DNA of 64,000 nt, from assembly GCA_964106645.2 (NCBI GenBank), contig OZ067041.1. The stretch is one strand, 5' to 3'. This DNA is from Podarcis pityusensis (taxonomy: Eukaryota). Position numbers and translations under genes: made by a program. Positions within the stretch are counted from its first letter, which is position 1; every line of letters starts with the position of its first letter. The notes beneath the pieces were generated by a model, which was not told the origin of the DNA, made no database searches, and saw only the letters and a list, made by a program, of their open reading frames with translations. Positions 1 through 13,626 of the stretch are shown one piece after another.

Positions 1-709
1 CAAAGGAATTAAAAAGAGCAATATTTTTTTTAAGCAACAACAATCCGAATCAATTGAAAAACTGTATCTAAAACAATTTATGAACAAAGAAGTGTGATTT
101 GTGCATTTAAACAAACAATATTTTACTCCCTAGCACAACTCTTTCTGCCAAAAAATGTGGCTGAAAAATCAAGTATTCACACCGCATTTGTTTTCGCTTC
201 TATCCATGAGGGCAGTGATTTGAAGCAATTACACACAACAGTTTATCTAAATGAAAAACCACAGTATGAGAGGGCAAGATTGTCTGCTGCCTTTAAATAA
301 ACATTAAACATTAAAGACATGATCTAGTCAAAAGCAAACACTTTTAAGGCACACAATCACAATATTGGAAATTTAAGCACGTGTTTAACTTTCGCATTAA
401 AATCAGTAAGACTTAAAACATGCTGAACTTTGGCTTGATTGCGCCCTGAAGGTGCTTGGTACAATCAATACTGAACATTTTTAGTATAGTCTCTATGCTC
501 CTGTGCATGAAATCCAGCTCACAAAGTATTTCTCTTCATTTCTGATGCTCAAATGTGGACAAGCCCTTTGCTGTATAAGGGTCAGAAAACCAACGGCCTT
601 CCAAAACTGTAATTCTAATAAATTTGGATTAGTATAGGGGGAAATATGTTAAAATGAGGAGTAGATGATCAAGAACAGTGTCATTTAAATAAGCAGATGA
701 TCACCAATT

Positions 710-900
710 TCATTTAAACTGTTATACAGTATCAATGGAATTTACCTATGTAAAAATTAAGGTAAATGTTGCTATCAAGTGCTGGAGGTATAAAAGCAAA
801 TCAAAGGAAGCAGGGATCATATATGTTTGATGCTAGTGTAAAAAGATTCAGTGCTTTTTGTTGACTGTTGAACAAATGATTTGACACCTAAACATCTATT
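710..900 (+). mobile_element. Very decayed L1-clade LINE ORF2 C-terminal fragment
   Basis: 780-860 translates as CWRYKSKSKEAGIIYV*C*CKKIQCFL, resembling the L1 ORF2 zinc-knuckle pattern CWRC..GT..H.WW.C.KI..FW with stops at the Trp positions. Boundaries approximate. Confidence 0.45.
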
Positions 901-1448
901 GAATGATGTTTGGGGGTTGCATGAAAAAAGAGGTAAGCTGTGTATTAATATGCTTTCAGCAACTAAAATGTTAATAACTAAATGAATAGTGCAAGGAAAG
1001 AAAACTTCCTTTTATAGGAGAACAGTACCATAAAGTTTGGTTTTGTTGTGGTGATGCATAGAATTATAGCTATGTTTTATTTGGGTATGGATAATTTATG
1101 TGCACTTTATTCATATATCAAAGAGTAGGATCTGTTTTCAAGATATTAGGAATCTAGATCCTCTCATTCCCCTATGCTGAAGTTTGTAAACAAGCCTTAA
1201 TCTTATTATAAATTATTTTTTCCTCTCTGCTTTTGGTGTGTTTGTGATTAAAGTGATTAAAGACATTAATAAGCAGAATCAGAAAATTGCTAGTGGATAG
1301 AAGGCTAAGATAAAAGGTTTAGATCTGATTGGTACAAGTTGTTTTTCATGGGGATTGTGCATGGGCGTATCTATCGTATATGTGCAATTTTATCTTATTA
1401 TTCTTTTCTTTATTATATATGTTGTTCTAAATAAAATAATTTCGTTTG

Positions 1449-2260
1449 CATGACCAGGCGGCGACCATCCCAGCCCCCAGGGACCACCAGTAAGTAATAA
1501 TGACACATGACCACGTGTTATGGATTAAAATTTGGCCACAACTTTATTAAACTTTCAAATGTAGAAGACCTTGGCTTAAGCATTGGGCGTATATCCATCC
1601 CAGCCCCCCCAGCCAGGGGAACTGGGGCACCTCAGGGTAAATGGGATATAGGGGTTCTCTGCAAGACGTATGTGTACGCAGGCAGCCCATCCCATATCCC
1701 CGCATGCAGGGTAGTTCACTGACGACCTTTCAGTGTATGTTCAGTGACACCCATATTACAACCCCTTTAAGAGGGGATCCTGGAATCCCTGCCACGGGGG
1801 GTGGGGTGAGTTACCACTTCATTCCCCCCCCCCCCCATTTTAGGAAAGAAAAGACTACAGGATTCTGCCCAAGGCCTTAAACCACCAAAGCTGTGATGAA
1901 TTGCTACAGGGAAGACAAAACCTGCCAATGCAGGAAAATTTCTTCCCGGCTCTTCAACAGCAACCAGTCAAAGACCATAGCAGTGCCCGCTAAACAGGAA
2001 GAAAAAGCTTAACCTGTAAACATGAAACATTCAACAAAGGGAGGGTTGGGTGGGTGGGTGAAGCTCCTGAGCCAACTGGCTGGCTACTGTCGGCTCCACC
2101 CCCTATTTATAAATGGGGCTGGCCCCACCTCCCAGCAGTGTAACTTGGCTACTGAGGCAAGGCATTAGCCTCCAAAGAATAACACTAAGAGGCAGGCCAG
2201 CCCATACAAACTGGTAAGTTCCCCGGGGTCCGATGCATCACACGTGATCCCGCAAAGTGC
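1449..2260 (-). mobile_element. Retrotransposon terminal-repeat remnant (DIRS-like or LTR)
   Basis: Abrupt GC-rich block. The minus strand has a TATA box (TATAAATA, 2104-2111) and a poly(A) signal in AATAAAGTTGTGGCC (1543-1548), a motif I associate with vertebrate DIRS-type elements. No TSD found; ends approximate. Confidence 0.5.
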
Positions 2261-3329
2261 ACCCACAGTGTAAAGTGTGAGTGCTCATTCTTTTAAAAAA
2301 GTCACTTGAAACTGGAGTTCTACACCCTCCCTCCCTCCCTCCACCTACCTTCACAATCCAATAGTATTTGGATCTGATTTATGTAAAAAGAAGTCTCTGC
2401 TCCCCTCCACCAAAAAAACAACAACCCTCTAACCAAGTTGAATTAGGAGAAGTTATCTGAGATAATTGGTTCCAGCTCTAGTCTACAGCAAGCATATGCT
2501 ACAGATATTAATTCTTTCTTCCCATTTTAGCCATATGTTTTGTTGTTCTGACTAAAGCCATTGAATTAAAATATACCCTGGAGGCTAATTTTTCCCCTTT
2601 GTAGGCAACTGCAGAAATCACCACAATTATGCATGTTCTTCAGTACAATACATTTCTCAGCCTATCTTCTCTAGAGAGATGTAAGGCTGAAGAGGCATGC
2701 AAATACAATTGCTTCTCTGCAATGAGTGCAACATATGTGTGCCTTTTGTCGGAGACACTGTTCACAAGAGGAAAGCTCAAAGATGCAGGCCCTTAACCAA
2801 ACTTAAGTAAACTATAAAACAGGACATTATTTTTGCCTATGGAATACCTAACCTTCTGCAACAAAAATAATGCAGCACAGAAATCTTGATGGCAGTGAAG
2901 CAGCTGTAGTTCCATTGTTATTTTCTATTTCCATTCATGAAAATGAATGGTAAATGTTCAGAATCCTGGAAGGATAACGTTGCTCATAGAGAAGATGTGC
3001 CCCAACCGCAGTAGCTTACACAGCAATCCCATGCTTGTGGTAAGTTTATGGGTGTGATAGAATCAGTGCTAGACTTGCCAGCTATGGAAAGGCCTGAGTT
3101 TCCACAGAAAGGTCTGACTGTAAGGGAGCACTGCCTGAAAGTTAGCTGTGTGCAAAGCTTGGCAAAAAGTCTTTGTCAGCAAGTCAGGGCTTAAATTGGG
3201 ACGGACACCTGCTGAAGTAGATGGCAGAATGAGATAAATACATTTGCTGATGACATGCCCATAGACATGAGCATGATGAGAGTGCCTGAAGAACACAACC
3301 CAGAAAAGAGAATGTGAAATAAGACATTA

Positions 3330-3647
3330 AGGTAAAGGTAAAGGGACCCCTGACCATTAGGTCGCTTTATTGGCCGAGGGAGCCGGCGTACAGCTTCTGG
3401 GTCATGTGGCCAGCATGACCAAGCCACTTCTGGTGAACCAGAGCAGCGCACGGAAATGCTGTTTACCTTCCCGCCAGAGCGGTACCTATTTATCTACTTG
3501 CACTTTGACGTGCTTTCGAACTGCTAGGTTGGCAGGAGCAGGGGCCAAGCAACGGGAGCTCACCCCGTCGCAGGGATTCGAACCGCCGACCTTCTGATCA
3601 GCAAGTCCTAGGCTTTGTGGTTTAACCCACAGCGCCACCCGTGTCCC
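3330..3647 (-). mobile_element. Sauria SINE with ~40-bp internal deletion
   Basis: Head GGGACACGGGTGGCGCTGTGGGTTAAACC and (ACCTTT)n tail on the minus strand. 13-bp TSD AAATAAGACATTA at 3317-3329 and 3651-3663. Lacks the segment seen after CCATTAGGTC in the 8094 copy. Confidence 0.93.
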
Positions 3648-4489
3648 TATAAATAAGACATTACCCATAGGCTATAGATGGCTTAAGATGTTGCATGAGA
3701 CTTAAATACCATCGTAGACACAAGACATGTTGCTGAACATTTGCTCAGAATGATTCGGGCTTATGAGGAATTATGCGGAATTTACTGTAGAGTATGACTT
3801 TGCTACATGACCTTACTCTTGAAGGATACTGCAGGGAGTGGATTACATCTATGAATCCTGGCTTTGTTGAAAATACTATAAGGGAGAAACAGCTAGTAGA
3901 AGGGGATGGGCTCTGAGCATAAACTATTCAGCACAATAAAACTGCTAATGTTGTGATGAAGAAAATCTGACATTAAGGGGACACTAAGGCGCCCAGCAGA
4001 GACCCCTTGTTCAAGGGTGCAATCGTTTAGTCTATCTGTTCCATCAATTGAGCCTTCCACTAGTCCTGACCAGAAAAGGTCTAGATTCTATGTGCATCTG
4101 AGAAGGAGGCAGGCATTCTACTGCCCAGAAGAAGTGAACGCACGAGGAAAGAGCTATTGTTGTTTGATGCCTCTTCTCTTAACCCTTGGCTCAGTTGGGC
4201 TCCTGGCTTGTCTGTGTTGTGCAAGGTGCCTTTCATCTGCATTCTCTAATATGCATGGGGAAACTTTAGCTCAGAGCTTTCCAGTCGGTGTGACATGGCA
4301 CGTTAGTGTGTCTGCTGCAGTGTCCAGGTGTGTCACACAGATGTTCCTTGTGTTCCTCCTGGGACTGAAAAGAGGTTAGTTTAACCTCCAGTTTGCTAGT
4401 AAAACTGAATTACTGTGCCGCGAAATGATGCATGTCCAAAAAAGAGTGTCATCAACATGAAAAGTTTGGAAAGCTCTGTCTCCGTTTTT

Positions 4490-4565
4490 AATTAACTGCA
4501 TTTTTAATTGTTGTAACCCACCCTGGGACCTTAGGATGAAGCACAAGTAATAAATTAAAATAATA
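4490..4565 (+). mobile_element. Old L2-type LINE 3' end fragment
   Basis: TTTTAATTGTTGTAACCCACCCTGGGACC...TAATAAAT resembles the squamate L2 3' terminus. Confidence 0.45.
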
Positions 4566-5610
4566 CTACTTTTCTGCTCCTAAACAAACAAACAAGAACG
4601 AGGTGCAACAGAAAGGAAAGATATGCATTCTCATATAATTCACAACAATCCACAAATCAAGGTTCATATAAGTAATCAAGGACATCATAGTCCCATTCGT
4701 TCACACTACTCCATTGAATGCTAGTGCCTATCAAAAAAATCATGACTCATTTTTCCTTGCAAGAATTAGCCACAGCAACAATCATTCAGCAAAACAGAAA
4801 GTGCAGACAGAATTCCACTGCAACTCCCTACAAAGAATTGTGTGAGCATTGTGTCAATTACTATGTTATCTTCCTCAACAGGTGAACCCCCAAATATAGA
4901 TACCAGAGTTACTGTAGTTCCCTGATTTCAGAAGTTACAGTGAGTCTTGTAGTATGCAAAAGCATCTAGGTAATATAACACTTTTATTCATCCCAAGGTC
5001 CAGAATCCGTCCCTATTAGACTTATTTGTTGCAGGTCCAGCACCCATTATTCACTTTCATCCTGATGTTTTTCTTGTCTGTCCACAGGTAAGCAGGATGC
5101 CATTCAAAATACCCAGTAGGAAAGATGTTCTCCACTCCACTGTCCACAAGCAAATTAGCTGTGACCAAATGGAATTTTACTTCTGTGCTCCTGTGATGTT
5201 TTTATCTTTGGCCTGCTACGGTTTTTGATCCTTTGCAAAGTATGTAACAGATAGTAATGTAACAGATACCATGCAGTGATGAAAAAAAACCTTGTTGCTC
5301 TGCGCATGTGTATTTGGTTTGGTGATGTTATAGAATCATTCACCTATTGTCATGTATTGATTGGAGCCTTCCATGCACACATAAGTTGGGGGTATTTGCA
5401 ATGCACAGTGTTGTGACACAGATGATGTGGAAATATCTCTTGGTGCTACTGCCCCTGGGACAATGTTGTGCTATTCATTCTGCAACTAGCTGAGCAGAGG
5501 GTTGCAAATATTTAACACCAGCATTAATCCTGCCATAGCAGCAACCATGCATGCGTGGACTATAAGATTCTATGTTAAATTTGAGGCATTCCCCATTTTA
5601 CTATCTTTTA

Positions 5611-5852
5611 CAGTGGTACCTTGGGTTAAGTACTTAATTCGTTCCGGAGGTCCATACTTAACCTGAAACTGTTCTTAACCTGAAGCACCACTTTAGCTAA
5701 TGGGGCCTCCCACTGCTGCCACACCACCGGAGCACGATTTCTGTTCTCATCCTGAAGCAAAGTTCTTAACCTGAAGCACTATTTCTGGGTTAGCGGAGTC
5801 TGTAACCTGAAGCGTATGTAACTTGAAGTGTATGTAACCCGAGGTACCACTG
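5611..5852. mobile_element. Tigger/pogo-type MITE, family A (242 bp)
   Basis: TA-flanked, TIRs CAGTGGTACCT(T/C)GGGTTA, internal repeats of TAACCTGAA. Closely similar to 50874-51115 and to the reverse of 54145-54386. Confidence 0.93.
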
Positions 5853-8093
5853 TACTGTTGATTTTTCCCTACAGTGAATAGTGTTACCGCACTCATAAAA
5901 CTGAATTATCTGAAAGCTTCTTGGCATAAGACAAATATTTGGATGTAAGAAAAAGATACTAACAATGAAATAGTTCAGATGTCACCCCTCCTCCCAGATT
6001 ATTCAGGGGAACAGAAATGTCACCAAAGGATTTTCTTTTTATGTGTATGAAGAATGCCTTTCTAAGGCATAAATCTCATATATTGACATCAGCTGCAATT
6101 TTTCAAGTTTCTGTCTAATTTATCTTGTGCTAATTATACATCCCTCTGGTAGAGTAAATAACAACCATTAAATTGTTCTACAATATAATGACATTGCTAT
6201 GTCCTCAGTGCAAATCCGTAATACCTTCAAGCATGTAGATTTGATGGATCTTGCTGAGAAGTTAGTCCGGTGCCCATACATATCTATGGTAACAATGGTA
6301 ACGTTTATCAAGCAAGCAGATTCAAAATTAGAATTGCGTGTCGAGACTCAGAAACTACCCCCTCGTTGATGAATAAGACACAAGGAGACAGATATTAGGT
6401 TAATGTTATTGGGCAGAAGTGATTATCTTCTATTGAGGCAGTGTAACATAAAATAAAATGAGGGAAGGGGGGAGGAAATAGTGTGTTTCTTTCCTCAAGA
6501 CCACTTGCATTTCCAGACAGCTCCTTATAACACATGATCATTGAAACCATTTTAATTGCCAAGTGGTCTAAGCATGGATGCCAAAGGCACACATCTCTTG
6601 CTGTTCAACACAAATGTGTTACATGGAGGTGGAGGCATTCTCTTCATGCTGGACCTAAATCATTTCAGTTTTTACACAGGACTTCATTTGTGTGATACTG
6701 CAAGTAAGTAAATGAAAACTTGCATTCTCTCGGGCCAGGTTAGTATCTCACAAAGGCACAATTTTACACGGGACAGCAAGTGCCCACCATGTAAAAATGA
6801 AGTTTTCTGTTACATCAGAACTATAATCCAGCAACGTCTGGAGGACCAGAGGTTCCCACACCTGGTACAGACCTTGAACCAGAATTTGTTCCTGACCCTC
6901 CCCAGCCACTGTTTGCTCCTGCTGTTAGACAGATTTGTACAACAACCTGAATCCCTTATGTAGCATTAAACTAAAGACAACAGGGCTGCTTGATGCTGAA
7001 TATTCCATGTATGCTGCTTACTCTTGGAACGCAACACTGAGATTGAAGACAGCACAGCAGGACTGACAGAAGATTAAAGGAAGTACAAAGATGTTAAACC
7101 AGCTGAATATTCAGTCTGTTTAAACTATGCTTTTGTATCAGTTTTGCAGAGGCCATATAGGCATTTCTGTTTTTCCTCCCTTCTCTCAAATGAATCAAGA
7201 AACCACTCATATACCCTTTTATTCATAGGCCTCAGTGAGTGAAATGTAGTACAAAGCACAGCCTTAAGTCTTTGCACTCTGTGTTTGCTATTGATCATTA
7301 AGAGAGAGAGAGAGATCTTACATACCCACCGCAGTGTGATTAGTTTGTACTTCTCTGACTTTATTGATCATGTGTCAGTAGAAATTTTTAGCAACAAAGT
7401 ATGTTCTGACAACACACTTTAAATGAAATAGTTGACGGAAAATCTCTTTTAAAACTCAAATGTCAAAATACAATTCAAGCATCCAGAAGACACATGCGCT
7501 AAAGCAAAAAAATGGGAAAAGATAAGCATCTAAATAAGAGGGAAAGGCTGCTAGAAACTAAGAGGAAAGTTTCAAAAGGCAAATTTAATCCCCCCCAAAA
7601 GTAAATTGCTGTTCTTTACATTCTTTTCCTCTCTCTCTCCTCACCCCAGAAGCTAGCTACAGTGAAAACTGTTCACCTTTCCTGTGCTACAAGGTCAGAT
7701 CTGCTCATTACTTTATGCCTGAGCAGTGAGTGTATGTAACTATTGTAAAGAGAAGGTGAGCTGAGAATATGAAAAGGAAAGAGGAATTGGAACAAAATGA
7801 TAGGGCAGGTGTCTTAATGTTAAATCCAATGTAAATTAAACAGCTACAGAGCAGAGCCAAAAATTCCTCAAAAAATAATTTTCTATCCTTGTTTTTCAAG
7901 ATCCTCCGGGACTGCTGGGCAGTAGAAGTTCTATCCTAGAGATTATGTGGTGAAATGGCCTACCAAATCCATGAATTTTGGGTGCATCAGTGATATTGTT
8001 TGATAGTATTCTAATATTGTTGAAGGAATCAATGAGCTCATCTGTTTCTGCTTGTCGCTCTCCTCTCTTAACCACTAGTATTAACTAACAATA

Positions 8094-8440
8094 GGTAAAG
8101 GTAAAGGGACCCCTGACCATTAGGTCCAGTCGTGACCAACTCTGGGGTTGGGGCGCTCATCTCGCTTTATTAGCCGAGGAAGCCCGCATATAGCTTCCGG
8201 GTCATGTGGCCAGCATGACCAAGCCACTTCTGGTGAACCAGAGCAGCGCACGGAAATGCCGTTTACCTTCCCGCCAGAGCGGTACCTATTTATCTACTTG
8301 CACTTTGACGTGCTTTCAAACTGCTAGGTTGGCAGGAGCAGGGACCAAGCAACGGGAGCTCACCCCGTTGCGGGGATTCGAACTGCCAACCTTCTGATCG
8401 GCAAGTCCTAGGCTCTGTGGTTTAACCCACAGTGCCACCC
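8094..8440 (-). mobile_element. Sauria SINE
   Basis: Same subfamily as the 3330 copy, (ACCTTT)n tail, short TSD CAATAGG. Confidence 0.93.
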
Positions 8441-9530
8441 AATAGGGATTAATTAAATACGGTGTGGCCCAACATTTATTGGAAGAGAGTATTCTCTTCC
8501 AACCCAGCCAGAAAATTCCACACACACCCAAATATTGATAAATTGACCCTCTTAATTTTTGCTCCCCAAATAGCATGGACAGGTTTGGACTGCCACATTC
8601 ACTCAGCCCTGTGGGGCAAATGCTTGGGGAAAATAATAGCTATTTTGATATGAACATGGTATCAAGGTATGCACAGAAAGGTGAGGAAAGTATTTGTGCA
8701 GGTGATCTAAACAGTTGGGGGAAGTGGCAACAGAGGGACAGTAAAATATAAAACCAAGTTTCTTAGGGCACATGCAGCCTTAAATATATTATAGCTGTTG
8801 TGGTGCCAGAAGCACCTACAATCTAGTTTAGTGCCAAAGGGCACAATCAAAACCCCTGACCCATCACACTGAGGGGTTTGGGTGGAGGTCTCCCTCTGCC
8901 CAGTCCAGAACAGCTCTGCTGCTCTCTGCTTTTGGACAGCCTATCCTCTGGGTAGCTCATGCAAAATCCTGAAACAAGATGTTTGGGGGCAGGGAGGGGC
9001 TGAGCCATTGTGGGATCTGCTGGATTCCAGGCCAGACCCACTGATGTCACTTAATGGCATTGGGTCCAGTTTGGTTCGTATCACTAAGCAAGTCCTGGTT
9101 TTAGCCTGCCCCAGCCCCAATATGGGTGAATACTGCTCCTTGCTATGGTACAAGTGCAAGAAGAAAGCACAGAATCACACCATCCATTGGTTCTAGTTTA
9201 CACATGGGAGTAATATATGACTGGATGTTTTGGAAGCATCTTCCATGCTTCAGTCTTTGAACCACACCTTTTTCTTTGCCAATGAAGAGTGTGATTGGGT
9301 ATGATATTTGTATCCGGGTAGGATGATAATAACATATATTCTGAAATGCTTCCGTTTCATAGATTGCTTACTAATGGCTTCTTCTTATAAACTGTCTTGG
9401 TCTGGTTACCATCCTTTGTATGTACGTAACTGGCCTAAGGCTGTGATCTTTCATATATGCACCTTCTTGGAAGTAAGCCCCAAGAGAATAACTTTTGATT
9501 GCACACTTATAAGATGGTGCAATAAGATTA

Positions 9531-9680
9531 CAGCCGTGTCATGCAGGGGGCGTTCTGCCCCCAGCCCTGACATCATCGCTGGCGCGCCACGCCTCCCAGT
9601 TGGGCACCCAATCTGGTGACACCGTGGGGGCGTGGTCTAGCCGCTCAAATGCGGCCGCGCCAGCTCTCCCCGCCATTGTG
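9531..9680. mobile_element. GC/CpG-rich MITE-like fragment (possibly hAT)
   Basis: Sharp CpG-rich 150-bp island ending CGCCATTG, similar in style to the hAT MITEs at 20590 and 51359. No TSD found. Confidence 0.4.
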
Positions 9681-10816
9681 CTGCTGATTTTTTCCTAGCC
9701 CATTAACCTAATATACTGTGTCCACGTGTCTTTATTATTCCCAAGCGTGGGACGGGTCCTCAAATTACAAACATCCCTTTGACTACAATGGCACTTGTAT
9801 CTCAGAAAACACGAATAGGGTAAGGATGTAAAACACTTTCGCTTCTAAAGTACTGTTCTTTTTCTTTTCTTGTTCTTCTTTTAACCGGAAAAGGGATAAT
9901 TCAGACATGTTTCTGTAGCCCTGAGTGCAAACACCATTTCAAATGCTTGATTCCCACACTACCATGGGTTATGATTTTTATTTTATTCGTAACAGCTTGG
10001 GGAAAAAACATGCTTTGAAAATGTGGAAATGTAAAGCAGAGGCTTTGAAAAGGCCCAACCAGATATAACAAGAGAGAGAGAGAAATAAATACAATGGAAT
10101 ATAATACGTTACACAGCCATCTCTTTCTAAGCAGCTCAACCTAGTTTAACATACATACATATCTTAATTTATATTTATTGTTCAGAAAGCATGATAATTT
10201 GATTGCACATAGGAAGTTTAAAAGTACAAACCACCATATTCAATTGATCTAGTAAGACAAACTTATTAGAAACCATAAGTTCTGAACAAAAAGAGAACAA
10301 TTCATTCTCTTTCTTTTGTTAACCCATCCATGATAAAAGAATGGAATACTTCTACTTCCACATAGGGATTTTGAATACAGCAATCCTTTGATAAACAACT
10401 TAGCCCTCTGCATTTACCAACTCAGACTCCTTCCAAGATATCTTCCAAGACGCTAACACACTATTCATCCAAAAGCTGTTTTCTTCTATGAAGTGAATTA
10501 ATAGAGATAAAAACTCTGAAATGACTTTAAAAAAGAGAAAACGCTTCAGGAGCTGCAGTGAGCCAATTATGTATTCAGAACATATAAAACATAATTCTCA
10601 CAATTTCCAGTAGTCATATCTACATATTAATAATATTTTTGATCTTAATAAAAACAACATAAATTTAAGAAGGAACTATAATGGGGGGAAGATGGTCTTT
10701 TCACATCACAATGAACACATTGTCTGGGATGTCTTTCCATAAGACATTCTACAATTTAGTTTCATTTGTATCCCCCACTGACCTCAGAAATTTAAATTAC
10801 AATTGCCTACGCTTAC

Positions 10817-10865
10817 CTGACAATCCTAGGCCATATCTATGTAGCAGAATCAAATTACTACCCAC
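10817..10865 (-). other. Possible 49-nt exon or pseudo-exon
   Basis: Minus strand: TTTTTTCTTTTCTTTTAATGTTATCTCCCAG|GTGGGT...TTGTCAG|GTAAGC. One open frame (VGSNLILLHRYGLGLS). No homology recognised. Confidence 0.25.
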
Positions 10866-12933
10866 CTGGGAGATAACATTAAAAGAAAAGAAAAAACTTG
10901 TCCCATGAAAAACCTCCCTGCCACTGGAAAAATAGCAGGTGATTCCGTTTGGTTCTAGCCTAGCTCTTTTCTTGCTATTTTAGTTTTCTGATTTCAGGGC
11001 AGAAGGGGGCAGTGAAAAACAACAACAAACCCTCCCAACTTAATAACTTTACTACTTCAATCTCCAACCACTATCATTCACATTCTTTGCTGGGTGCTTC
11101 TGTTTGTGCACAAGAGCTTTTTGCATGAAGGTGCTGCCCATATTCTCTTCTATGAGTTGGGTAGGACCTCACTGAAACCTGAAGAAAATTATGCACATAG
11201 AAGCAACTAGATTTTTTCAGAGTCTCCTCCTGTCCGTTCAGAGCACTGCTTCATTCCTATGATTATTTGCCTCACAGTTTTTCTGAAATAAGTTGGAAGA
11301 CATTATTTGGTTAGTTCACACACTGGTGGATCTGGGTCCTTCTTAGATGTGCTTCAGAGCGTGCATGACAAATTTGACATGATGTATGGTGCAGCTGCAC
11401 ATATAAATGATAAACCTGACTTCCAATGTCCTTCCTTCTCAAAAGTGGAGGGAGGAGAAAAAATAGGTGAATTGTGCATATATGTACATTCATATACCCA
11501 TGTCACATGGCTGTATTGTATATGAAGGATACATGATTAGGTGAATTCCAGTTTTAATGCTAAGCTACTTCTTAGACCAATAGGAATGCTATATTTATTT
11601 TACCACCTCCCTTCTTTCCTTGTTATATTATGTGTAAAAGCCCACAGAGTGCAATTAAAATGTTTTATTTAAATATGGAGTTTTTGAAAAGGTGCTGCCC
11701 TGAAGCCTAATATATAATAATTTGATGTCTCTATTATGCCACAAAATGCAAAAATGGGGGGAAAGGCAGGGTTGTAATGGAAATAGAATTTTTATTTTTA
11801 GTCATTAGTCTCTGCAGACTTCCACCTCTTCTATACATGAATTCAGGCAATATTGGCTTCATATTTTGTATTAAACTGCAGCATAAGATTTTTGGAATCA
11901 GTAGTGTATAGTATGAGGCTCACAAACCTTTAGCGTTCCTAACCATGTTGAGGACTGGTCCTACCATTAGGCAGACTGAGGCAGCTGCTTCAGGCAGCAA
12001 GGGGGGAGAGCGGAAACAGCTGAGTGTACAACATTGCCTACCCTGCTCTCCCTAAGTTAGCCTGCTGCCCTCAGGAGGATGCACTGCTTGTCGTGTCCAT
12101 GTAAGATTTAACAACCAGTCTGGTTTTCTTTTCTACACGGAATGTGGCCAGGCAGACACAATTTTGGCCATGCAGCAAAATGTCTTGGAATGCCCTTGAA
12201 CATGATTGCTTGAAGAATTCAGACTGAAATCCTGTCTACACTTCATTAGAGTTAAGTCTGCATTGATGCAGTTCCTACGCCATGGAAGGTAAATATGATT
12301 GTTTGAAGCATTCAGGGAGAGTCCAGTGCATGCAGACATGCCCATTCACTTGACAAAAAGTGCACACAGAGCTGCAATACATCCAATTTAGTAGGACCAA
12401 CTGAAAGGGAGAGAGATTTTAATTTCTTAAAACTCTTCCTCAGCTTGGATATTGAATTTTAAAAATGTGGGAGAGAAGCAGAAAGAAAATTACTGCTGAT
12501 AAAAGGGCATGGAATGTAACTTTAGTCCAACATTATAAACCTGACACAATGGATCTTGGTGGAAGCTCTTTTCACCATGCCTGCGCTTTCACCAGAAACA
12601 TTCCCCTTTCTTCTCTCCCCTCCTCCATTTTTTGTTCAAATCTAACCCGAGAAGAAGTTATACAAAACTCAAAAGCTACTTCATTAGATTGTGAATGCCC
12701 TAATAAATTGGATATTTTGCTACAGGCAGTCAAAAATTTGTGAAGCCCATCTCTTCTTTTTAGCGTTTGAGGAAACCAATAATTTGGATAAATTGCCAGT
12801 ATTTTTCATAAGCATTCCAGAGCTATACCAGAATGCTGGGGTTGCTTTAAAACACATTCAGTAAGTGAGCCATGATTGAGGAATGGTTTACTGTTTAGCC
12901 ACTATTCCCGTTCTGTGTGTTGCATGTGGAGTA

Positions 12934-13320
12934 AAAAAAGTAAGGTAAAAGGTAAAGGACCCCTGCACAGTTAAGTCCAGTCAAAGGCGACTATGGGGTT
13001 GCAGTGCTCATCTCACTTTCAGGCCGAGGGAGTGCCGTTTGTCCACAGACAGCTTTCTGGGTCATGTGACCAGCATGACTAAACTCCTTCTGGTGCAACG
13101 GAACATCGTAGCAGAAACCAGAGTGCATGGAAATTCCATCTACCTTCCCACCACAGCAGTACCTATTTATCTACTCACACTGGTATGCTTTTGAATTGCT
13201 AGGTTGGCAGGAGCTGGGACAGAGCAATGGGAGCTCACCCCATCACATGGATTCAAACCGCCAACCTTCTGACTGGCAAGCCCAGGAGGCTCAGTGGTTT
13301 AGACCACAGCACCACCTGCA
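12934..13320 (-). mobile_element. Sauria SINE, second and more diverged subfamily
   Basis: Sauria body with AAGGTAAA tail on the plus strand. 11-bp TSD CATGTGGAGTA at 12923-12933 and 13321-13331. Confidence 0.9.
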
Positions 13321-13542
13321 CATGTGGAGTACTCCAGCTGCAGAGAGGTAAAGAAAAGCTTGTGGACTCAACTGCCCCTGTGCACCCCTACCTGAGAAGT
13401 CTGCAGTCGCATTTGTGTGCCCAGGTCCCAGCATAACAGTCATGTATTGTGATTGTAACAGTGAACAGCCTTTCATTTCACAGCCCTAAAATGTCACTGG
13501 GACTCTTGAAAGCTAGAAACCAAGAGAGAAAACATACTCTGA

Positions 13543-13626
13543 CTCTTAGATGCTTTGCTGGGTCAGAGAGCTCTGTACCCTGGGCGGCAGCTGCTATGCT
13601 CTCTGACCCAGTAAAGTATCTCAGAG
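13543..13626 (+). repeat. 84-nt inverted repeat (hairpin)
   Basis: 29-position stem (26 Watson-Crick, 2 G:U, 1 mismatch) with a 26-nt loop. Perfect core CTGGGTCAGAGAGC / GCTCTCTGACCCAG. Confidence 0.85.
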
